Source of the DNA: Promethearchaeota archaeon | GTDB lineage: Archaea; Asgardarchaeota; Lokiarchaeia; Sigyniarchaeales; SOKP01 | Length of the DNA: 38,796 nt | NCBI GenBank assembly: GCA_048938445.1 | Contig: JBHLME010000032.1 | Location: 1 to 38,796 of the forward strand | Reading direction: 5' to 3' | Shown: piece after piece, positions 8,171 to 17,399 of the stretch | Layout: every line of letters starts with the position of its first letter | Position numbering within the stretch: the first letter of the stretch is position 1 | The notes under the pieces: model-generated | Seen by the model: the letters and a program-made list of their open reading frames with translations, nothing else | Told to the model about the DNA's origin: nothing | Database searches by the model: none | Translations under genes and position numbers: made by a program

Positions 8171-9172
8171 ATGGCAAAAAGAGTTGCAATTAATGGTTTT
8201 GGTAGAATTGGTCGTCTATTCTTTAGAGCAGCTTGGGGTAATCCAGGTTTAGATATCGTTTCAATAAATGACCTTTTTGAACCAAAATATTTAGCGTATG
8301 CATTAAAATATGATACCGTGTTTGGTAGATTTAAAGGAAAAGTAGATTCTACAGACAAATCATTAATTATTGATGGAAAAGAGATACCAATAACAGCTGA
8401 AAGAGATCCTGCTAGTTTACCACATTCTAGTAATAATATTGATGTAGCAGTTGAATCAACTGGAAGATTTGTTGATAGAGATGGAGCAAGTAAACATTTA
8501 ACCGCTGGAGCAAAAAAGGTTTTAATAAGTGCACCAGCAACTAATCCGGATATCACGGTCGTTTTAGGGTGCAATGATGATAAATTGACTGATCAACATA
8601 AAATTATTTCTAATGCATCCTGTACGACTAATTGTTTAGCCCCAGTTGTGAAAGTATTGCAAGAAAATTTTAAAATTAAATATGGACTCATGACTACTAT
8701 ACATTCCTATACAAACGACCAGTCTAATGTTGATATTGCTCGATCAGGAGATGCCTCTAAAATGATTAGGGGAAGAGCAGCAGCGATGAACATGATCCCC
8801 ACCTCAACAGGAGCAGCAAAAGCAATTGGTTTGGTTTATCCAGAGTTACAGGGTAAATTAGATGGAATTGCAATTCGAGTTCCAACTGTTGATGGTAGTG
8901 TTGTAGATTTAAAAGCGGTAGTTGAAAACAAATGCTCAGCAGAAGATATCAATGCGAAAATGAAAGAAGCGGCAAATGGTTCATTGAAAGGTATCCTTGC
9001 CTATTATGATGATCCCATCGTAAGCAGCGATATTATTGGTGATCCTCATAGTTCAGTATTTTCATCTATTTGGACTAAGGTTATTGAGGATCAAATTAGC
9101 ATATTAAGCTATTATGACAATGAATGGGGTTTCTCTAACCGTATGGCTGAATTAATAGTTAAAAAGCTATAA
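8171..9172 (+). CDS. gap: Class I (bacterial/eukaryotic type) glyceraldehyde-3-phosphate dehydrogenase
   Basis: AINGFGRIGR, LKYDTVFGRF, ESTGRF, catalytic SNASCTTNCLAP, TTIHSYT, IPTSTGAAKA, RVPT and YDNEWGFSNR. Confidence 0.97.
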   Translation: MAKRVAINGFGRIGRLFFRAAWGNPGLDIVSINDLFEPKYLAYALKYDTVFGRFKGKVDSTDKSLIIDGKEIPITAERDPASLPHSSNNIDVAVESTGRFVDRDGASKHLTAGAKKVLISAPATNPDITVVLGCNDDKLTDQHKIISNASCTTNCLAPVVKVLQENFKIKYGLMTTIHSYTNDQSNVDIARSGDASKMIRGRAAAMNMIPTSTGAAKAIGLVYPELQGKLDGIAIRVPTVDGSVVDLKAVVENKCSAEDINAKMKEAANGSLKGILAYYDDPIVSSDIIGDPHSSVFSSIWTKVIEDQISILSYYDNEWGFSNRMAELIVKKL

Positions 9173-9262
9173 TACATAATTTATCAATTATTTTTTTCTT
9201 TTTATTTTTTTGATTTTAACTAATATTACCTTCAACTGAAAAGTAGTGAAAAAAAATTATAT

Positions 9263-11035
9263 TTAAGTTGCCATATTAATAACTCTTATATAGTCGGTGG
9301 CATCAAATATAATTCGCTTATTACCCAAATCTAACAAGCTTGTATAAGCTGTCCATCGTGGTAATCCCATATAAGATTTAAAATAACCATCAGGATCTCC
9401 AGGATTTCCATTTCGCATGAAGTTGCTCCAGTATGAGATCATAGAATTAGATAATATTTTTCTTCCATATATGTTCTGATCACTCCATAAAACGCTGCTA
9501 AAAGGGAAACTTTCCTCTTCTCCTACATTACCAAATATAAAAGGAATCTCTGAACCATGACATGCACCTACAAGGAAATCAAAAGGTTCTGGTTCTTGGT
9601 TCCAGGCAAATTGATAACAAAAAACATCCTTTTGATGCATCCTCATGAGTGTTGCTGGGATATCAACTCCAACTAATTGGATGACAATAGAGATAACTTC
9701 AGCAGTAAGTTCATAACCACCTATGATGATCCAATCTAGAAATGGTGCGAGATCTACTGGCCAAGGACGAATTGAATTGAGATAATAAGCAAGGTCTTCT
9801 GGATGAGGATGACCAAACATGACACTAGTAAATAATGGTTCATCCAACATCCACGACATGAAAACCTTAGCTTCTTCAGCATTGCACCCTATGATTGCGG
9901 GAACTTTGATATAATTACCCTCTATTAAAGCAGCATAAGGATTACTAGAACATACATAACCATCACTAATAAGGCTTGGAGCAACCGCCATCATGTTAGT
10001 AAGCCCAAAAAAATCCTCTGCTATGAAAAGATTATAAAAGTTTTCCATAGGTTCATTCAATAACCATTGCTTTTTCTGTGCGGGACCGAAGCTATTAACG
10101 ATTTCCATTGCCTCTGTCATATTAGAAGCTAAACCCTTACTGAGTAGAAGCGTCCCTAAGAGATTATCTGATGCTGCTATTCCTTCTTCTATTGTCCGAG
10201 GTAAAATCCCTCCGCTTTCCATAACGGCTCTATGGAATAACTCTGTACCCCTATCAAAGAATTCTTGTTTGAGATAAGGTGATGTAAGACTAGCATATGC
10301 ATTCATCGCGCCTGCGGACTCACCTGCAATCGTGATTGTATTTGAATCTCCGCCAAAATTTTCAATATTTGTTTTTACCCATTCAAAAGACTTAAAAATA
10401 TCTAATAATCCATAATTACCAGAATCATCTAGTGGATTTCCCACGTGAAGAGCAGGGTTGTAGTGCCAACCTGCTATCCCTACTCGATAATTCATTGTAA
10501 CCACGACACAATTAGCCCTGTTAGCTAAATTTGCACCGTAATATATGGGAAAGTTTGATTGCCCTACTATATTACCTCCTCCAAAAATATAAACATATAC
10601 AGGAAGTCCCTCTGGGAGACTTGAATCGCTACTTTTAGGTGTCCAGACATTTAAATATAAACAATCTTCACTCCCAATTAAGCTGTGATTTAATATATCA
10701 TCTTCATTAACGCACCCCATCCAATTTGCAAATTGCATTGGTGCTTCAGGGAATTCAACTGTTTCCATTATACCACTCCAGGGGTCGGGATCTACGGGGG
10801 CTTTCCATCTTAATTCTCCAATTGGCGGTTTTGCAAATGGTATTCCAAGCCAAGAATATGTATTTACATCCCATTCTTTACCCCTGACTAAACCATACTC
10901 TGTTTCTACAATTAAAGGATCATTTGATGAGGTGTTTAAAGCAAGGCTAGAAGTTCCTATTATGATAAAAATAGTACTTAGAAGTATTCCTATTGTTAAT
11001 ATTACTATATAATTCTTCTTTTTCATTTTTTTCAC
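9263..11035 (-). CDS. Secreted or membrane-anchored type-B carboxylesterase/lipase
   Basis: Basic N-terminus plus hydrophobic segment. Motifs GIPFAKPPIGELRW, SEDCLYLNVWTP, NYRVG, GNYGLLD, FGGD...ITIAGESAG and catalytic His in ACHGSEIPFIFG. Confidence 0.93.
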   Translation of the reverse strand: MKKMKKKNYIVILTIGILLSTIFIIIGTSSLALNTSSNDPLIVETEYGLVRGKEWDVNTYSWLGIPFAKPPIGELRWKAPVDPDPWSGIMETVEFPEAPMQFANWMGCVNEDDILNHSLIGSEDCLYLNVWTPKSSDSSLPEGLPVYVYIFGGGNIVGQSNFPIYYGANLANRANCVVVTMNYRVGIAGWHYNPALHVGNPLDDSGNYGLLDIFKSFEWVKTNIENFGGDSNTITIAGESAGAMNAYASLTSPYLKQEFFDRGTELFHRAVMESGGILPRTIEEGIAASDNLLGTLLLSKGLASNMTEAMEIVNSFGPAQKKQWLLNEPMENFYNLFIAEDFFGLTNMMAVAPSLISDGYVCSSNPYAALIEGNYIKVPAIIGCNAEEAKVFMSWMLDEPLFTSVMFGHPHPEDLAYYLNSIRPWPVDLAPFLDWIIIGGYELTAEVISIVIQLVGVDIPATLMRMHQKDVFCYQFAWNQEPEPFDFLVGACHGSEIPFIFGNVGEEESFPFSSVLWSDQNIYGRKILSNSMISYWSNFMRNGNPGDPDGYFKSYMGLPRWTAYTSLLDLGNKRIIFDATDYIRVINMAT

Positions 11036-11303
11036 AAATATATTCCTTAAATTAATTTTTTTTATTTTTGGATTTTATATTTTATCAAGTAAATAATAAA
11101 TGAATCGAAATTGGTACTAAAATGGTTGGTTGAACAAACATTTAGAGGAACAATACTTCTTTCAAACATACCATAGGGGAGTATTATATCATTTTTATTT
11201 AATTCTTGAAATATAAAATCCATCTCATTTTTATTTTTATCTATTCAAAAATTTAAGAAAATCTCATCCTCATCGTTTCTTCTAATTAAATTCTACTATA
11301 TAC

Positions 11304-11322
11304 TAGTTTAACTTTTAAACTA
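11304..11322. promoter_or_regulatory. Perfect inverted repeat TAGTTTAA-ctt-TTAAACTA, candidate operator
   Basis: 8-bp arms with a 3-nt spacer, in the divergent intergenic region between the carboxylesterase and the HxlR-family regulator. Operator function is inferred. Confidence 0.4.
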
Positions 11323-11459
11323 ACTGCACTAGTAAAATTTAAATTTAAATTTAATCAGTTATTATAGTATTTAAAACAGTAAGAGATTATCAGAGCATTA
11401 ACTGTGATTCTCCACATCTAATGTAAAGATGTAAAGCAAACAAAAAAAGGTAAAAACAA

Positions 11460-11975
11460 ATGAAAAGATTGTATAAATATAAGGAGCTTGTTGAAATAAT
11501 GCCGGCAATTCACGATGCATCATTAAAAGGACTTCAGCGTGATTTTGAAGATTATGATTATGACGTGATACGCATGAAAAAAAAATTTAAGCTATTTTCA
11601 GAATTTATATCTACAGTTCAAGGAAAATGGACAATTGAAATTTGTTATACATTAGTAATACAAGGTGAATGTAGTTTTAATGAACTCAAACGAGCCTTAC
11701 CTGATATTAGCACGAGAACTTTAACTGATAGACTACGTACTTTAGAAAAAAGACATATGGTTGAGCGTAGGGTGGAAACTCTTAAACAAATCCGAGTATA
11801 TTATAAATTATCCGAATTTGGGAAGCAAGAGATAGTTTTTCTCGTTCCAATGCTGTTAAATTTTGTATTACCAAGACAATATAAAAGAGATTATAGAAAA
11901 TTTAAAACATTGAAAGACTCATTATCCTCAAAAAAAGCCGAAAAGGAAGAGAAGGTAATAGAGATAATTAAATGA
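11460..11975 (+). CDS. HxlR-family winged-helix transcriptional regulator
   Basis: GKWTIEICYTL...SFNELKRALPDISTRTLTDRLRTLE...VER...RVYYKLSEFG. Confidence 0.92.
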   Translation: MKRLYKYKELVEIMPAIHDASLKGLQRDFEDYDYDVIRMKKKFKLFSEFISTVQGKWTIEICYTLVIQGECSFNELKRALPDISTRTLTDRLRTLEKRHMVERRVETLKQIRVYYKLSEFGKQEIVFLVPMLLNFVLPRQYKRDYRKFKTLKDSLSSKKAEKEEKVIEIIK

Positions 11976-11978
11976 GAG

Positions 11979-12839
11979 CTAATTTAAAAGGTCATTAATA
12001 AAGCTTTTAATACTTGATATTACTAATTCTGGATCATCATTATTAATCCAGTGAGATGCTTTCTCACTCTTAATTATCATAAGATCATTCACAAATTCAT
12101 CCAAATGATCTAAAAGACTTGGTAAAAGAAAGACATCTTTCATACCCCAAATTACTAATGTTGGAACATTTATTACACCTGTCCATTTGGAAAGGTCTGA
12201 ATTTGCCTTATAATAATTAATTCCTCCCGCAATCGCTCCAGGTTGAGTCCAAGCTTCAATATATTTTTCTTTATCAAATTCTGTATACCCATTTTTATTG
12301 CTTGCAGTCATAAAAACAGTAGCTCTCAGCATCTCGCAATTATTTTTTAGTAGGTTTTCTTCTCCATCTGGTGCCGTAATTTGCGTGATATAACCACTGG
12401 CTTTTCGCTGAGACCCACTTTCTTTTATAGATTTTCTAAATGTTGCGGGATTTGGAGAATTTAATATTATTAACTTAGTTAATAACTCGGGATGTTTTTC
12501 TGCAAAAGCCCATGCTACTACTCCACCCCAATCATGCCCTACTAGAACAAATTTACCCAAATTTAGCTGTTCACTCAATCCTTTAATATCTTCTATTATT
12601 ATATCTAAGGTATAATTCTCATATCCTTTAGGTTTGCCTGAACGATTATAACCCCGCATATCGGGAACAATTAATTTAAAGTCATCTTTTAAACCCAAGA
12701 TGATATTTTTCCATCCATACCAGAATTCTGGAAAACCATGTAAAAGAATTACAGGGTTTCCTTTGCCAGAAATAATTGTATGAAGTTTAATTCCATTAGT
12801 CTCAACATATTGCTCTTCAATTTCTTTAAATAACTCCAT
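11979..12839 (-). CDS. Alpha/beta hydrolase, epoxide hydrolase-like
   Basis: LLHGFPEFWYGW, PDMRGYN.S, VGHDWGG (Asp nucleophile), INYY, PTLVIWG.KD and SHW. Confidence 0.9.
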   Translation of the reverse strand: MELFKEIEEQYVETNGIKLHTIISGKGNPVILLHGFPEFWYGWKNIILGLKDDFKLIVPDMRGYNRSGKPKGYENYTLDIIIEDIKGLSEQLNLGKFVLVGHDWGGVVAWAFAEKHPELLTKLIILNSPNPATFRKSIKESGSQRKASGYITQITAPDGEENLLKNNCEMLRATVFMTASNKNGYTEFDKEKYIEAWTQPGAIAGGINYYKANSDLSKWTGVINVPTLVIWGMKDVFLLPSLLDHLDEFVNDLMIIKSEKASHWINNDDPELVISSIKSFINDLLN

Positions 12840-12905
12840 TATCTACTTATAATACTTTTTACCATTAAAACTTATTTTAAACTTACTAATGTAATTTTTC
12901 TATAT

Positions 12906-13552
12906 TTATTTCTTAAAATTAAGTTGATATGTGAACCAATTTCCAAATTGCTCATCTAATTTTAATCTTACTTCTTTGGCCTATTTTTTCTCTGTTTTTC
13001 GCCAAGGATAATCAGGATCTAGTGCCATTTCACATAACGAAATAATTCCATCCTTTTTCAATATCCGCCTACATTCTTGCAACATCTTAACAGGATCAGA
13101 AATCTCAGAAAGGTATGTATTAGCAAAAACTCGATCGACACTTCTATCTTCAAAAGAAAATTTATAAGCATCATCAATTTTTGGTATGATATTTGGTATA
13201 TTTTCTTTTTCAATTTTTTCTCTCAATTTTTCAATTATAGGCACTTGAATATCAACAGCATATACTAGTCCTCCCGGTAGAATTTTTTCAGCAATAATTT
13301 TCGTGTAATTTCCTTTCCCAGGACCTATTTCAACAACAATCATCCCAGGTTTTAGAGTTATTCTCTCTGCTATTTTTTTTGGTTTTTGTATGAACATTCT
13401 CCGAAATGGATTATCTATAACTCTTTTAAAAAAGCAGGAATAGGAAATTTATTGCATTTTCTTATAATTCTTATTATTACTTGCAAAAATACTAAGAAGA
13501 ATACAAATATTATTAAAAATATCCATATTATAAGGAGCCTAAAATCAATCAT
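12906..13552 (-). pseudogene. Class I SAM-dependent methyltransferase with N-terminal membrane anchor, disrupted by a frameshift and an amber stop
   Basis: ATG 13552 reads MIDFRLLIIWIFLIIFVFFLVFLQVIIRIIRKCNKFPIPAFL. A -1 shift at the T6A4 run (13424-13433) is then needed to continue KRVIDNPFRRMFIQKP...VVEIGPGKG. The TAG at 12981-12983 is followed in frame by AKEVRLKLDEQFGNWFTYQLNFKK and TAA at 12906. Confidence 0.78.
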
Positions 13553-13740
13553 ATTATTTGCACTTCCAAAAGAAAAAGAAAACAAGAATCATTAAAAACC
13601 TAGCGAGAAATTCTTATTAACTGAAAAATTTAATATTGGACTCCTAAAAGATTTAAATATGTTATAAGCTATGATTATACTTAATACTATAAAAGAACAT
13701 TCAATTAAAATTATAAAATTATAGGAATTGTGAACAATTA

Positions 13741-15498
13741 ATGTTAAATGAAGATGATAATCAGCTCCAAAACAAGAGAATCGGTAGACTTAGTGGTAAA
13801 ACAACTAGGCATACAGTAAAATTAATAATTGAAGATCCAAAAATAGAAAGATCAAATTATTTTACTATTTATGGACGAGCTGAAGGAGAGGGAGAAGAAA
13901 AACCATATTATGTCTTGGCTATAAGTGAGATGTGGACTGAAGATAAGGGGATGATGGCAAAATTAGAAGTTCTTGGAGAACGCCCTACAAGACCATTTGA
14001 GGTGGGATCTGATGTTTTTCTAGCAACTGAAGAACAAATAACAAAGATATTAGGGATATCTAATCCTCCAGATAAATCTATCGCTATCGGTAAGCTTCTA
14101 GGTTATCCTTTTAATGTAAATTTGTTAGTAAAAAATTTTGGTAGGATATTTATAACGGGTAAATCTGGTTCAGGAAAATCTTATACAATGGGAGTCTTAT
14201 GCGAAGAATTTCTTAAAAAAGGAATACCCGTAGTTATTCTTGATAGGCATGGAGAATATGGTAGTTTAAAAGTCAATGCTGATGACGATGATGCTCCTGT
14301 TAAACTAGAGCCAGAAATTATATTAGAAGGTGAAGATATAAAGGGACCTTTGAAGCCAAAACCCGCAGAAGGTCCTGGTGAAAGTGAATATGTTGATAAT
14401 ATTATTGAATTTGCGGATTTAAGTAAAAATAAGGGTGGAGATATTGATTTAGATTATCTTTTTTCTTTGGATGCAACTGATATTGTTGCACCACGATTAT
14501 GTACCATTGTTAATTTGAGAGGTCTGGACCTCGAAGTTCAAGAAGTAATTGCGGGTAAACTTCTTAAAAAGTTATATAATGCTAGTACTTCTCGAAAAAT
14601 TCCACCATTTTATTTATTTTTAGATGAAGCACACCTTTTTGCTGGAAAAAAACAAACGGAGACCTGTGATATTGTTAAATTATTTGCACAAGAAGGACGA
14701 AAGTTTGGAGCTAATATAGTGATCGGAACCCAACGACCTCAGCTTCTGGATACAACAATTAGAGCACAAGCAGGAACTTGGATCGTAATGAATTTAAGCG
14801 ATGTCAGGGATATTCAGATTACTATTTCAAGTGCTGAAGACTTGAGTAATGAAAATAAGGATGATATCTCTGGATTAGATAAAGGTGAAGGTATCGTTTG
14901 TGGAGAGGCGGTTGTAGGTATCCCTTTATTTGTAAAAATAAGGAAAAGGAGAACAAAACACGGTGGAATTGGATTCAATCCCTTAGATTTCTTATCAGAG
15001 CAAACAGTAGAAGAATTGCATAAACGAAAAAATAGGATTTTAGGAAACAAATCTGAAGAGGAATTGGAGGCTGGCAAGCAAGAGTTTCAAGTTTTAACTG
15101 AAGCTAAGGATTCTCTCGATTATTTAGCTGAAATTGCGAAATTAAAAGCAAAAATAAAAGAATTAGAAACAGAGAATGAAATGTTAAAGAAAGGAGAAGA
15201 TGTTACTAGAGAAGTATTCACTGGGGATAGTGGTGAAAAGATAAAAGAATTGGAGATGGAGGTAAAAGTTTGGAAGGAAAAATATAATTCCATAAAAAAA
15301 AAAAAGAAAGCAAAAGAAAAAGAACCCTTACCTTCGCTTGAACCATTTCCTTCAGCTTCAGATCAAAGTTCCAAGATTTTTGAACTAGAAAATACCATAT
15401 CTTTTTTAGAAGGAGAAGTAGCGAAGTACAAGAAACAGAAAGAAGATGCTGTAAAATTAGCTGAAGAATCAATAAAAGAACTTAAAAAAAAGAAATAA
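13741..15498 (+). CDS. HerA/FtsK-superfamily (DUF87-type) ATPase with N-terminal HAS-barrel-like region and C-terminal coiled coil
   Basis: Walker A GKSGSGKS, ILDRHGEY, Walker B FLDEAHLF, EGRKFG and GTQRP. Heptad-rich charged C-terminal ~130 aa. Confidence 0.88.
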   Translation: MLNEDDNQLQNKRIGRLSGKTTRHTVKLIIEDPKIERSNYFTIYGRAEGEGEEKPYYVLAISEMWTEDKGMMAKLEVLGERPTRPFEVGSDVFLATEEQITKILGISNPPDKSIAIGKLLGYPFNVNLLVKNFGRIFITGKSGSGKSYTMGVLCEEFLKKGIPVVILDRHGEYGSLKVNADDDDAPVKLEPEIILEGEDIKGPLKPKPAEGPGESEYVDNIIEFADLSKNKGGDIDLDYLFSLDATDIVAPRLCTIVNLRGLDLEVQEVIAGKLLKKLYNASTSRKIPPFYLFLDEAHLFAGKKQTETCDIVKLFAQEGRKFGANIVIGTQRPQLLDTTIRAQAGTWIVMNLSDVRDIQITISSAEDLSNENKDDISGLDKGEGIVCGEAVVGIPLFVKIRKRRTKHGGIGFNPLDFLSEQTVEELHKRKNRILGNKSEEELEAGKQEFQVLTEAKDSLDYLAEIAKLKAKIKELETENEMLKKGEDVTREVFTGDSGEKIKELEMEVKVWKEKYNSIKKKKKAKEKEPLPSLEPFPSASDQSSKIFELENTISFLEGEVAKYKKQKEDAVKLAEESIKELKKKK

Positions 15499-15585
15499 CA
15501 TTATAACTATTTTTTGAAATAAATAAATTTATTTAAATAAAATAAGTCGACTAATTAACTTTTTATTTTTTTTATCTATTTTTAA

Positions 15586-16596
15586 TTAATCAACAGTATA
15601 ATGTTCCAAAAGACCATCAAGGATTTCAATAGCATCACCGATTATACAATAATCTGCTGCTCGAAATATAGGGGCATTTGGGTCTTTATTAATAGCAACA
15701 ATAGTCCTTGAATCTGTAATTCCAACAACATGTTGGATAGCTCCTGAAATACCAAATGCGATGTAAAGATCTGAAAAGATAGTTTCTCCACTGATTCCTA
15801 TCTGTAAATGTTCAGGCATCCACCCGTCGAGAATTGGTCTCCGAGTTCCACCAACCTGACCATTTGTCAGTTTTGCAAGTTTATATAATTTGTCAAAATT
15901 CTTTTTAGAAATCAATCCATGACCTCCACCAATAACGAATTTAGCATCTGAAAGGATTGAGGTGGGTTTATCCTTTCGAGTTGGAGTGCCAATTATTTTG
16001 ATTTTATTTTGACTCGTATCATAACTATACTCTTTTTTGATTCTCTCGATTTTATCTTTTTTAATCATATTTTTTTGAAAAGTACCCATTGTAATCGTAC
16101 ACATTTGTGGTCTCGTGTTTGGACATATGATTTTAACATGAATATTACCTCCATAGGCAGGTTTGTCCGTTAATAATAAATTATTTCCATATTCATCACT
16201 TAATTCCAAATTTAAGACATCACTTACTAAACCAGTCTTACAACGATAAGCAATACGCGCTGCTAATGCATTTCCAACCTCCGTTGAAGGAAACAGAAAT
16301 ATTGATGGTTTATATTCCTCTACAAGGTCGTGGACAAGTTTAGTAAAAATTCCTTCATGATAATGCTTCAGTTCTAGGTGACTCAGATAAATTATCCTAT
16401 CAACGCCGTACTCTTCAATTACAGGTAGATATTGCTCAGCTTCTAAAGCTAAAACTACTGCTACCAATTTTTGTCCTAATTTATCTGCAATTTCTCTCCC
16501 CTTTCCAAGAATCTCTAGTGCACATTCATGAACCTTGACATGATCTTTGATTTCTGTAAATACCCATACATCTTGATAATCACTTGTATTACTCAT
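15586..16596 (-). CDS. etfA: Electron transfer flavoprotein alpha subunit
   Basis: DVWVFTE, PAYGGN, RPQMCT, GGGHG, QIGISG and LYIAFGISGAIQHVVG...AINKDPNAPIF. The likely ATG at 16596 overlaps the etfB stop (ATGA). Confidence 0.95.
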   Translation of the reverse strand: MSNTSDYQDVWVFTEIKDHVKVHECALEILGKGREIADKLGQKLVAVVLALEAEQYLPVIEEYGVDRIIYLSHLELKHYHEGIFTKLVHDLVEEYKPSIFLFPSTEVGNALAARIAYRCKTGLVSDVLNLELSDEYGNNLLLTDKPAYGGNIHVKIICPNTRPQMCTITMGTFQKNMIKKDKIERIKKEYSYDTSQNKIKIIGTPTRKDKPTSILSDAKFVIGGGHGLISKKNFDKLYKLAKLTNGQVGGTRRPILDGWMPEHLQIGISGETIFSDLYIAFGISGAIQHVVGITDSRTIVAINKDPNAPIFRAADYCIIGDAIEILDGLLEHYTVD

Positions 16597-17399
16597 TTCT
16601 CTCCCACCCATATCTTTTCAATTCCATGTTCTTGTATGATTTCTATTAGTTTTTGTATCTTTTCATTGGTTGTACCCTCGATCATCTCATTTTTTCTGTG
16701 TAATGAGATTTTTTCAGTTTTGACTACCATTGTAGGGGATTTGTTACATCCATCAATAAAATCTGGACAGTTTAACGTGTCAAAATTAAAAACTTTTATC
16801 TTCTTTTCAAATGCTTTCTTTATACCTAAAAGAGAAAGGTGTCTAGGTTCATTAAAATGTTTCCTTACTCGTAATAATATAGGTAATTTAATCCGAATAT
16901 TTTGAGATTCATGACCAAAATTTCTATGACATTCTACATAACCTTTTTTAACTTCAATTGAAAATATGTCAGTGATAAGGGGAATATCAAGTGCTTCTGA
17001 TAACTGGTAAGGAACCTGCCCAGTGCTTGAGTCAGAAGTTTGGCTTCCCGTTATTAGTATGTCATAATCCTTGATTTTATCAAAAACTTCTTTCAAGACT
17101 AAAGTTGTTTGAAGGGTATCTGAATAAGCAAAAATTGGATCGCACACGTGGATGGCATCATCAATTCCCATTGCCAAGCATTCTCTCAAAGCGAATTCTG
17201 CTTGTGGAGGGCCCATTGTTATTGTAGTAACGTGCCCACCATATTTCTCTTTTAATTCAAGTCCAAGTTCTAATGCATATAAATCATCGGGATTTATAAT
17301 AGTTTCAATCCCTTCTCGAATCAAGGCCCCCGTTTTTTTATCAATTTCAAGATTATGTGTGCCCGGTACCTGTTTAATCAATACAAAAATGTTAACCAT
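16593..17399 (-). CDS. etfB: Electron transfer flavoprotein beta subunit
   Basis: IKQVP, LIREG...INPDDLYALE, TMGPPQA..ALRECLAMG.D, SDTLQT, G.QTSDSSTGQVP and NEPR. Confidence 0.95.
   Translation of the reverse strand: MVNIFVLIKQVPGTHNLEIDKKTGALIREGIETIINPDDLYALELGLELKEKYGGHVTTITMGPPQAEFALRECLAMGIDDAIHVCDPIFAYSDTLQTTLVLKEVFDKIKDYDILITGSQTSDSSTGQVPYQLSEALDIPLITDIFSIEVKKGYVECHRNFGHESQNIRIKLPILLRVRKHFNEPRHLSLLGIKKAFEKKIKVFNFDTLNCPDFIDGCNKSPTMVVKTEKISLHRKNEMIEGTTNEKIQKLIEIIQEHGIEKIWVGEK

Noticed and set aside
11062-11223. 53-codon minus-strand ORF upstream of the carboxylesterase (MDFIFQELNKNDIILPYG...)
   Set aside because: No recognisable motif or clear RBS. It is compatible with chance in AT-rich DNA.
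12981-12983. Pyrrolysine readthrough of the TAG in the methyltransferase
   Set aside because: The gene has a second lesion, it is not a methylamine methyltransferase, and a TGG>TAG change is simpler. No pyl genes are in the window.
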